A stretch of 64,000 nucleotides of DNA from Candidatus Latescibacterota bacterium (GTDB taxonomy: Bacteria; Latescibacterota; UBA2968; GCA-2709665): assembly GCA_965222075.1 (NCBI GenBank), contig OZ244937.1, positions 352,001 through 416,000 of the forward strand, given 5' to 3'. A program made the translations under genes and the position numbers. This document shows, piece by piece, positions 31,934 through 40,926 of the stretch. How positions within the stretch are numbered: position 1 is the stretch's first letter; the number at the start of each line of letters is the position of its first letter. Below the pieces are notes generated by a model. That model did no database searches. It was not told where the DNA came from and worked only from the letters and a program-made list of their open reading frames with translations.

Positions 31934-32749
31934 ATGGCCGAGGGCGTCGAAAGCGCTGCTGCCGGGCACGGTGCCGAGCGGGTCGATTTTATGGAGCATG
32001 TGCTCGACTCCCCGGAGCTTCACCTGCCCTGGGGGCACGTCCATCTGCCTCATTTTGAGTTGTTTGGTATTGACCTGTCGATTACCCGGCACGTTGTGAT
32101 GATGTGGGTGGCCGCGGTTTTTCTGGTGGTGGTTCTGGTGGCGTCCATGCGGCGTCGGGGACTGGTGCCCTCCGGGTTTGCCAACGTCATCGAGTCGGTT
32201 GTGGTGTTTATCCGGGACGAGATTGCGGTGCCCAATATTGGGAAAGCAGAGGCGGGCCGATTCCTGCCTTATCTGTTGACGGTTTTTTTCTTTATTCTGA
32301 CGTGTAATTTGCTGGGTCTGGTCCCCTGGGGCGCAGCGGCCACGGGGAACATCAATGTGACGGCGACGCTGGCGATCTGCTCCTTTGTGGCCATTCAGTT
32401 CGGCGGGATTCTCCACAATGGCCTGTTTGGATATTTCAGGGGGCTTATCCCCCACGGACTGCCGCTGTGGCTGCTGCCGATCATGATTCCGATCGAGATC
32501 GTGAGTCTGTTTGCCAAGCCGTTTGCCCTCTGCATCCGTCTTTTTGCGAATATGACGGCCGGCCACATTGTGATCCTCTCGATGCTGGGTCTGATCTTCA
32601 CGTTCCAATCGCTGGCAGTGGCCCCGGCCTCGGTCCTCTTCGCGGTGGCGGTGAATCTGCTGGAAATTTTCGTGGCGCTTATCCAGGCCTATATTTTTAC
32701 GCTGCTGTCGGCCGTTTTCATCGGGATGGCGGTGCATCAGGAACATTAG
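31934..32749 (+). CDS. atpB: ATP synthase Fo subunit a
   Basis: NLLGLVP, KPFALCIRLFANMTAGH, IQAYIFTLL. Confidence 0.97.
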   Translation: MAEGVESAAAGHGAERVDFMEHVLDSPELHLPWGHVHLPHFELFGIDLSITRHVVMMWVAAVFLVVVLVASMRRRGLVPSGFANVIESVVVFIRDEIAVPNIGKAEAGRFLPYLLTVFFFILTCNLLGLVPWGAAATGNINVTATLAICSFVAIQFGGILHNGLFGYFRGLIPHGLPLWLLPIMIPIEIVSLFAKPFALCIRLFANMTAGHIVILSMLGLIFTFQSLAVAPASVLFAVAVNLLEIFVALIQAYIFTLLSAVFIGMAVHQEH

Positions 32750-32820
32750 AGGCGTGAAGCGTGAAAAGTGCCTTTCTCAATTTTTCATTCTTCATTTTAA
32801 CTACCATCAAGGAGGGTTCT

Positions 32821-33069
32821 GTGGGAGCTGAAGCGACATCTCTGGCGGCTGAGGCCTACGGGTATCTGGCAGCCGGTATTGGTGCAGGACTGGTGACGAT
32901 CGGGGCCAGTATTGGCATCGGCCGCCTTGCCGGGATGGCGATGGAAGGTACGGCGCGTCAGCCGGAGGCGACGGGCGACATCCGAGCGTCTATGATTATC
33001 GCCGCAGCATTGATCGAGGGGATTGCCCTGTTTGGACAGGTGATCTGTATCGTTCTGGCAACCAAGTAA
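32821..33069 (+). CDS. atpE: ATP synthase Fo subunit c
   Basis: ARQPE loop, AALIEG carboxylate; GTG start after AAGGAGG. Confidence 0.95.
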   Translation: MGAEATSLAAEAYGYLAAGIGAGLVTIGASIGIGRLAGMAMEGTARQPEATGDIRASMIIAAALIEGIALFGQVICIVLATK

Positions 33070-33174
33070 CTGCACGGTATACCCGGAGGCTTCAGGGGTC
33101 CTGCTTAAGCACCGGACTCTGTTGCCTCTGACTGCCGAGGTTTATTTCGGCGGTACTGGAGAAGGGAAGGTGCT

Positions 33175-33675
33175 ATGCTTTTAAAGATAGAACCGGGCCT
33201 GATCATCTGGACGCTTGTCACCTTTGTGCTGCTGTTGGTTATTCTCAAGGCAGTGGCTTGGAAGCCTCTGCTGGCCATGCTGGACGAACGGGAGAAGCGC
33301 ATTCAGGAGTCTCTGGATCAGGCTGAAAAGGCCCGGCAGGAGGCGCAGGAGGCCACTGAAGAAAACCGGCGGATGATGGCACAGGCCCAGGCCGAGGCGC
33401 AGGAGGCGGTGGCACAGGGGAGGGAGGCGGCCGAGCGGGTGGCGCAGGAGGTGCGCCAGCGTGCGGGGGGGGAGGCGCAGCAGATGCTGGAGCAGGCTCG
33501 GCGGACGATTCAGCAGGAGAAGGATCAGGCGATCTTAGAGCTGCGCAGCCGGGTGGCGGACCTGGCCCTTCTGGCGGCCGGGAAAGTTCTGGAAGATAAC
33601 CTGGACGATGCGCGCAACCGGCAGATTGTGGACGCGTTTATCGACGACATTCCGGATTCGGACCGGAACGGATAG
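33175..33675 (+). CDS. atpF: ATP synthase Fo subunit b
   Basis: PGLIIWT, AWKPL...ERE..I, coiled coil. Confidence 0.95.
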   Translation: MLLKIEPGLIIWTLVTFVLLLVILKAVAWKPLLAMLDEREKRIQESLDQAEKARQEAQEATEENRRMMAQAQAEAQEAVAQGREAAERVAQEVRQRAGGEAQQMLEQARRTIQQEKDQAILELRSRVADLALLAAGKVLEDNLDDARNRQIVDAFIDDIPDSDRNG

Positions 33676-33687
33676 ACGGAGTAGACC

Positions 33688-34230
33688 TTGAACGAGACTC
33701 CCGTTTCGCTGCGTTATGCCAGGGCACTGATCCATGCGGCCGAGGAGCAGGGCGTGCTGGACCGGGTCCGGGAGGATTTGCTGGGGCTTCTGGACCTGAT
33801 CCGGGAATCGGAAGCCCTTCGGGCCTTTTTGACCGATCCCCTGATTCACCCGGAGCAGAAGCGGACGGCCTTCCAAACGCTGTTTTCGGGTAAGGTCGGC
33901 GATCTCACGCTGAACTTCCTGCTGCTTTTGTGTGGAAAACGGCGGGAGCGGGGGCTTGAAGGTATTATTCGGGGTTTTCTGGGGCTGTTGGACGAGCGTC
34001 GGGGGGTGATTACGGCCCGGGTGCGTTCGGCAAAGGACCTCACGCAGGAGCAGCAGGCGCGGCTTGTGGAGCGGCTGTCGGCCTATTCGGGCAAGCAGGT
34101 GCGGCTGGAGGTTGAAGTGGACGAGGCTTTGAGGGCCGGGTTTGTCGCCCGTTTGGGAGACCAGGTGTTCGACGGCACGCTGGAGGCGCAGCTGAACCGA
34201 CTGCGCCGGAGATTGGCCGCAGGGTTATGA
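33688..34230 (+). CDS. atpH: ATP synthase F1 delta
   Basis: [14 protein letters not shown]. Confidence 0.93.
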   Translation: MNETPVSLRYARALIHAAEEQGVLDRVREDLLGLLDLIRESEALRAFLTDPLIHPEQKRTAFQTLFSGKVGDLTLNFLLLLCGKRRERGLEGIIRGFLGLLDERRGVITARVRSAKDLTQEQQARLVERLSAYSGKQVRLEVEVDEALRAGFVARLGDQVFDGTLEAQLNRLRRRLAAGL

Positions 34231-34255
34231 CAAAAAAGCGAGGTGTGTAGACATT

Positions 34256-35776
34256 ATGGCAATAAACCTGCAGATTCGGCCCGATGAGGTTTCAGATATT
34301 CTGAAGCGCCAGATTCTGGAAGCAGAGCGCGCGATCGATGTGTACGAGACCGGGACGGTGCTCCAGGTGGGAGATGGGGTTGCCCGCGTACACGGGCTTG
34401 CCAATGTGCAGGCCAGCGAACTGGTGGCTTTTCCAAACGATATTATGGGGATGGCGCAAAACCTTGAAGAGGACAATGTGGGGTGTGTGCTGTTTGGCGA
34501 CGATACCCATATCAAGGAAGGCGACGAGGCCAGGCGGACCGGCCGCATTGTAGAGGTGCCGGTGGGTGAGGCGTTGCTGGGCCGGGTGGTGGATCCTCTG
34601 GGACAGCCGCTGGACGGCAAGGGACCGATTACCACCGACCGGAGCCTGCCGGTGGAACGCATCGCTCCGGGGGTGATTCAACGCCAGCCGGTGACCCAGG
34701 CGCTGCAGACGGGGATCAAGGTTGTGGATTCCACAACGCCGATTGGACGGGGACAGCGCGAGTTGATTATTGGAGACCGGCAGACGGGCAAGACGGCGAT
34801 CGGGCTGGATGCGATTATCAACCAGAAGACGACCGGGGTGAAGTGCATCTATGTGGGCATCGGCCAGAAGGCGTCTTCGGTGGCCAAGGTGGTTGCGGAA
34901 CTGGCGGCAAAGGGCGCGATGGATTATACGATTGTGGTTTCGGCCACGGCCAGCGACCCGGCCCCGCTCCAGTTCTTAGCGCCCTATGCGGGGTGTTCGA
35001 TGGGCGAGTACTTCCGCGATAAGGGCGAGCATGCGCTGATTGTCTACGACGATCTGTCCAAGCAGGCATGGGCCTACCGGGAGATGTCGCTGGTGCTGCG
35101 CCGTCCACCCGGCCGGGAAGCCTATCCCGGGGATGTGTTCTACCTGCATTCCCGGCTTTTGGAGCGCGCCTGCAAGCTGAGCGATGAAGAGGGCGGTGGT
35201 TCTCTGACGGCGTTGCCGGTGATCGAGATCTTAGAGGGGGATGTGTCCACTTTCGTGCCCACCAACGTGATTTCGATTACGGACGGGCAGATTCTGCTGA
35301 AACCGGAATTGTTCTATTCCGGCATCCGGCCGGCGATGGATGTGGGGGCTTCGGTATCCCGGGTGGCCGCGGCCAAAACCAGGGCGTTGCGGGCGGTGTC
35401 CAATACGCTGAAAGGGGATATGTCGCGGTATCACGAGGTTCAGGCCTTTGCGCAGTTCGGCGCCTCGGACCTGGATGCAGCCACCCGGAACCTGCTGAAC
35501 CAGGGGGAAAAACTGACGGAGATTCTGAAGCAGGATCAGTTCAATCCTATGTCGCTGGGAGAGCAGGTGGTGTCGCTTTCGGTGGGTGTGCAGGTGGACG
35601 AGTTGCCGACGGTGGATGTGCGGCGTTTTGAGGGCGAGGTGCTGGCTTATATGCGCGACCAGCATCAGGATGTGCTGGATGATATTACGCAGACCGAAGC
35701 GTTGAGCGATGAGGCAAAGGTCAGGATCGATGAGGCTATCGAGAAGGTCAAGAGCGGATTTCAGGCGTCGGCATAA
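34256..35776 (+). CDS. atpA: ATP synthase F1 alpha
   Basis: [40 protein letters not shown]. Confidence 0.98.
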   Translation: MAINLQIRPDEVSDILKRQILEAERAIDVYETGTVLQVGDGVARVHGLANVQASELVAFPNDIMGMAQNLEEDNVGCVLFGDDTHIKEGDEARRTGRIVEVPVGEALLGRVVDPLGQPLDGKGPITTDRSLPVERIAPGVIQRQPVTQALQTGIKVVDSTTPIGRGQRELIIGDRQTGKTAIGLDAIINQKTTGVKCIYVGIGQKASSVAKVVAELAAKGAMDYTIVVSATASDPAPLQFLAPYAGCSMGEYFRDKGEHALIVYDDLSKQAWAYREMSLVLRRPPGREAYPGDVFYLHSRLLERACKLSDEEGGGSLTALPVIEILEGDVSTFVPTNVISITDGQILLKPELFYSGIRPAMDVGASVSRVAAAKTRALRAVSNTLKGDMSRYHEVQAFAQFGASDLDAATRNLLNQGEKLTEILKQDQFNPMSLGEQVVSLSVGVQVDELPTVDVRRFEGEVLAYMRDQHQDVLDDITQTEALSDEAKVRIDEAIEKVKSGFQASA

Positions 35777-35800
35777 GGGCCAGATGTGAAGGAGTAAGGG

Positions 35801-36658
35801 GTGGCGACATTACGTCAGCTCAGAACCCGGGTGGCGAGCGTTAAGAATATCCAGCGTGTGACCAATGCGATGCAGCTGGTGGCGGCTGCCAGGGTGCGCC
35901 GGGCGCAGGAGCATATTCTTGCGGCCCGACCCTATGCCCGGAAACTGGACCAGGTGCTGCAGCAGCTGAGCGCCGGTATCGGCGAGGACCGGCATCCCCT
36001 GTTGCGCGAGCGCCCGGTTGAACGGGTGGCGGTGGCGGTGGTGACGGCCGACCGGGGGCTGTGCGGGGGGTTTAACGCCAGCATCTGCCGCCACGCGCTG
36101 GCAGAGCTGGACGCCTATGAAGGCAGGGAGGTGGAACTGGTTGCGGTGGGCCGGAAGGGGCGCGATTTTTTCCGCAAACAGGATTATGCGATCGTCAGGG
36201 AGTATACGGATGTGTTTCGAGAGCTGGCGTTCGGCCAGGCCGTGGCCATTGCCGAAGATCTGACCGGGCGTTTTATGTCGGGCGAGGTGGACCGGGTTGT
36301 GGTTATGTTCAACGAATTTATCTCGATTGCACAGCAGCATCCCGTTACTGTGCAGTTGCTGCCGATTGTGCCCGAAGAGGCCGAGGCGGACGACCGGGCC
36401 GTGGCGTATATTTTTGAGCCCGATCCGGAACGTCTGCTGGACGCCCTTGTGCCGAGGCATGTGAATTTTCAGATCTGGCGGGCGCTGCTGGAGTCAAATG
36501 CCGGGGAACAGGCTGCGCGGATGGCGGCGATGGACAATGCGACCAAAAATGCGGGCGACCTGGTCGAAGAGCTGACCCGCGAGATGAACAAGGTACGGCA
36601 GTCGAGCATTACCTTAGAGCTGATGGATATCATCGGCGGCGCAGAGGCGGTTGCGTGA
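35801..36658 (+). CDS. atpG: ATP synthase F1 gamma
   Basis: DRGLCGGFN, EQAARMAAMDNATKNA, RQSSIT.EL. Confidence 0.97.
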   Translation: MATLRQLRTRVASVKNIQRVTNAMQLVAAARVRRAQEHILAARPYARKLDQVLQQLSAGIGEDRHPLLRERPVERVAVAVVTADRGLCGGFNASICRHALAELDAYEGREVELVAVGRKGRDFFRKQDYAIVREYTDVFRELAFGQAVAIAEDLTGRFMSGEVDRVVVMFNEFISIAQQHPVTVQLLPIVPEEAEADDRAVAYIFEPDPERLLDALVPRHVNFQIWRALLESNAGEQAARMAAMDNATKNAGDLVEELTREMNKVRQSSITLELMDIIGGAEAVA

Positions 36659-36683
36659 AAGGCAGGGGGCAGGGAAAGGCTGA

Positions 36684-38102
<1,419 letters not shown>

Positions 38103-38139
38103 GGACCGGGGTGGATAGAACACTGATTGCGAGCATGCG

Positions 38140-38577
38140 ATGCCGATGTTTCAGCTTGAGATCGTGACGCCCGAAAAGACGGTTTATTCGGGCAGGGTGG
38201 AGAGCCTGCGGGCGCCCGGCACCGAGGGCGGGTTCGGTGTGCTGGCCGGGCACCATCCGATGCTGGCATCGCTGGATGTGGGGCAGATTATGTTCAGGCC
38301 TGCCTGCCGAGCAGGTGTCGGCGCAGGCAGGGAGGAGGGGGAGGGGCCGAAGGTGGCGGCCACCAGCGGTGGGTTCGCCCAGGTCCAGCGGGATAGTGTG
38401 ACCGTGCTGGCGGAGACGGCCGAGCTGGCCGGGGAGATCGATGTGGCGCGGGCGGAAGCGGCGCGGGACCGGGCGCGGGAGCGGCTGGCCCGGCGGCGGG
38501 AGGCGGAGGTTGATGCGGTACGGGCGGAGATGGCGCTTGTGCGGGCGCTGAACCGGTTGCGGGTGGGGGAACAATGA
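38140..38577 (+). CDS. atpC: ATP synthase F1 epsilon with an 11-aa in-frame insertion
   Basis: LEIVTPE, EGGFGVLAGH, SGGFA, C-terminal helical hairpin. Confidence 0.95.
   Translation: MPMFQLEIVTPEKTVYSGRVESLRAPGTEGGFGVLAGHHPMLASLDVGQIMFRPACRAGVGAGREEGEGPKVAATSGGFAQVQRDSVTVLAETAELAGEIDVARAEAARDRARERLARRREAEVDAVRAEMALVRALNRLRVGEQ
38299..38331. repeat. 33-bp palindromic element inserted in-frame in atpC
   Basis: CCTGCCTGC-N15-GCAGGCAGG; same length and architecture as 39024-39056 and 39139-39171. Confidence 0.85.
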
Positions 38578-38610
38578 GGGGATAGCGCGAAGGTTAGCAG
38601 GGAATACCAC

Positions 38611-38644
38611 AGGAGCGGGTTTGAAACCCGCTCCTCTTTTTTTT
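38611..38644 (+). terminator. Rho-independent terminator of the atp operon
   Basis: AGGAGCGGGTTT-G-AAACCCGCTCCT followed by C and T8. Confidence 0.85.
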
Positions 38645-39023
38645 GCAGGCAGGGGTGTAAGTGCTTACGCGGAATTGGAGTTCCTCTTTCTGTAAAAATT
38701 GCGTAAATTAAAAGGACGAATGAGGGTCAATAAGCCGCCCTTGCCGGGCGACCTGCCGAAGAAGTGACCAGGCCTCCGGCGATAAGAAAGGCAGGGTGGA
38801 GCGCGACGCAGATCCGCTATGAAGAAGAGTAAGAAGTTGTCATGTGCCCTTTGGGGCACCCATGATGATGAAAAGAGTTGCGTTGGCAGACTTGTACTGT
38901 AACCATACATGCCCTCTCACGCGTTTCGCCTCCCGCGCCTTCGCTGCGGGGTTGAAGGGGCTTTTCCGCGCGGTTCCGTCCAGCGCCTTCGCCTCGGGAA
39001 TCCCCAAGCGCTCGCAGGGCAGA

Positions 39024-39056
39024 CCTGCCTGTGCCGTGCCCGGCACGGCAGACAGG
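39024..39056. repeat. 33-bp palindromic element (intergenic)
   Basis: CCTGCCTGTGCCGTGCCCGGCACGGCAGACAGG; reverse complement is 26/33 identical to the atpC insert. Confidence 0.8.
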
Positions 39057-39138
39057 AGCTCCCGCTTCCACCACAGGCAACACTAACCATTCAAACCAAT
39101 CCAGGCAATTTGCGGAAAAGCAGCCGCCGTCTGAGCGG

Positions 39139-39217
39139 CCTGCCTGCAGCGCGGTGCGCCGCGCAGGCAGGCGCCCTTCTTTTTCGGCCTTTTTCTTGGG
39201 CGATCAAGAAAAAGGCC
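39139..39217. repeat. 33-bp palindromic element (39139-39171) fused to a T-rich hairpin repeat
   Basis: CCTGCCTGCAGCGCGGTGCGCCGCGCAGGCAGG followed by sequence shared with 29659-29719. Confidence 0.8.
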
Positions 39218-39385
39218 TCGCCGAAGGCATGGGGACGAAGGGCGGGGAGGAGTTGCGGATGACGGAGACCGCGCGGGACTGAGCGACAAGGCCATCTACC
39301 GAAAGGTTATTTTCCAAGCACTAATCGCGTTGGACTCAAATCTGTGCCTCGCAAGCAACGCATCACCAGAGAGAGGACGGCAACC

Positions 39386-39934
39386 ATGGCTATCCCCAAT
39401 CCTGTAGTCAAGTTTACCTGCGAAGACTACCTGAATACGCCGGAAGACAAGCGCTACGAGCTTCTGGACGGAGAATTGATTATGACCCCTGCACCTGGAG
39501 AGCTTCACCAGAGCATTTCCATCCTGCTGGGATCGAAACTGTTTCAATTTGTGGATGAGAACAGCCTGGGGCGGGTGTATAACGCTCCCTTCGATGTGGT
39601 GCTGTCGGATACGGACGTGGTGCAGCCGGACCTGCTCTTCGTCTCCAATGCGCGCGGCCACATTATCACTCCCGAGAATATACAGGGTGCACCGGACCTG
39701 GTTATCGAAATCCTGTCGCCCTCTACGGCCACACGCGACAGGACATTCAAGCGCACACTGTATGCCAGGCACGGCGTGAAAGAGTACTGGATGGTGGACA
39801 CCACCGCAAAAGACATAACGGTTCTGCTGCTCGGTGATCGAGGATTCGAGGTTGTGGACACCTGCGGTGAAGGGGAGGCGTTGACTTCGCCTACATTGCA
39901 AGGCTTCAGATTGAACCTCGACGACATATTCTAA
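39386..39934 (+). CDS. Uma2 family (PD-(D/E)XK-like) endonuclease
   Basis: TPEDKRYELLDGEL, VQPDLLFV, GAPDLVIEILSPST, GVKEYWMVD. Confidence 0.92.
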   Translation: MAIPNPVVKFTCEDYLNTPEDKRYELLDGELIMTPAPGELHQSISILLGSKLFQFVDENSLGRVYNAPFDVVLSDTDVVQPDLLFVSNARGHIITPENIQGAPDLVIEILSPSTATRDRTFKRTLYARHGVKEYWMVDTTAKDITVLLLGDRGFEVVDTCGEGEALTSPTLQGFRLNLDDIF

Positions 39935-39994
39935 GGTGCCGACAGCACGTTCATTCGTGTCCCGTACCTCTTCTTACAAAACGGAGGTGAAACG

Positions 39995-40201
39995 ATGCGG
40001 CAAGTGGTTCTATATCCAGGAGAAGATGGCTATTGGGTTGCCGAATGCCCCAGTTTGGCGGGTTGTATCAGTCAGGGTGAATCCCGACAGGCAGCGATTG
40101 CCAGCATCAAGGAGGCGATCGAAGCATACATAGCGGCCCTTGAAGACGACGGCCTGCCGGTTCCCGAGGATCGTTTCGAGGCGTTGGTCGTCGCCGTATG
40201 A
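39995..40201 (+). CDS. hicB: HicB family antitoxin (short)
   Basis: EDGYWVAECPSLAGCISQGES..A...I.EAI. Confidence 0.88.
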   Translation: MRQVVLYPGEDGYWVAECPSLAGCISQGESRQAAIASIKEAIEAYIAALEDDGLPVPEDRFEALVVAV

Positions 40202-40419
40202 GCGTACTGCCTTTAATTTCAGGGCGGGAGTGCGTCAGAGCGCTCGCCAGAGTCGGGTTTTACATCAGACGACAACGCGGCAGTCACATTGTTTTGCGTC
40301 GTGACGACCCTTTTGCGCAGCTCGTAGTTCCCGACCACCGGGAACTTGACAGAGGAACACTGCGCGCCATCATAAGACAATGCGGCCTGGGTATAGAGGA
40401 GTTCTCCAAGCTATTGTGA
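40198..40419 (+). CDS. hicA: HicA family toxin
   Basis: GF...RQRGSH, VVPDHRELDRGTLRAIIRQ; ATGA overlap with hicB. Confidence 0.9.
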   Translation: MSVLPLISGRECVRALARVGFYIRRQRGSHIVLRRDDPFAQLVVPDHRELDRGTLRAIIRQCGLGIEEFSKLL

Positions 40420-40452
40420 CTTTCACATTCATGTGCGATAGATTCATAACTG

Positions 40453-40496
40453 GAAGACGGGAGTTGGTGATGAACTGACAGTTGACAGCGAATTAT
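40453..40496 (+). pseudogene. 44-bp relic of the 5' end of the second hicB type
   Basis: GAAGACGGGAGTTGGTGATGAACTGACAGTTGACAGCGAATTAT closely matches 46923-46965 and 53433-53475. Confidence 0.7.
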
Positions 40497-40673
40497 GTCC
40501 GTAAGGTTGATGTCACTGATCGCCTCAATATACGGATTCGCAGCGCAGAAGGGGACTACAGTATTTCTGTCTGAATTGCGTGCCCGCAGGCGGATTTGCG
40601 GCTACAAGTCAGTGAATCTGCGCCAGGGCTATCCGCTTCTTGAGATCAGGATACCTGAGCAGGTTTGCGCCGT

Positions 40674-40885
40674 GCAAGCAACGTATCACCAGAGAGAGGA
40701 CGGCAACCATGGCTATCCCCAATCCTGTAGTCAAGTTTACCTACGAAGACTACCTGAATACGCCGGAAGACAAGCGTTACGAGCTTTTGGACGGAGAGTT
40801 GATTATGACCCCTGCGCCTGGAGAACTTCACCAGAGCGTTTCCGCCCAGTTAGGGTGGAGATTGGTTCAGTTCGCATCTGAGAAC
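40674..40885 (+). pseudogene. Truncated second Uma2 copy (leader plus N-terminus)
   Basis: Near-identical to 39351-39520 then diverges; breaks off after about 59 codons (ATG 40709). Confidence 0.85.
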
Positions 40886-40926
40886 CGACGGCACGTTCTT
40901 GCGTGCTCCAGTTAAGGAGGGTTGCC

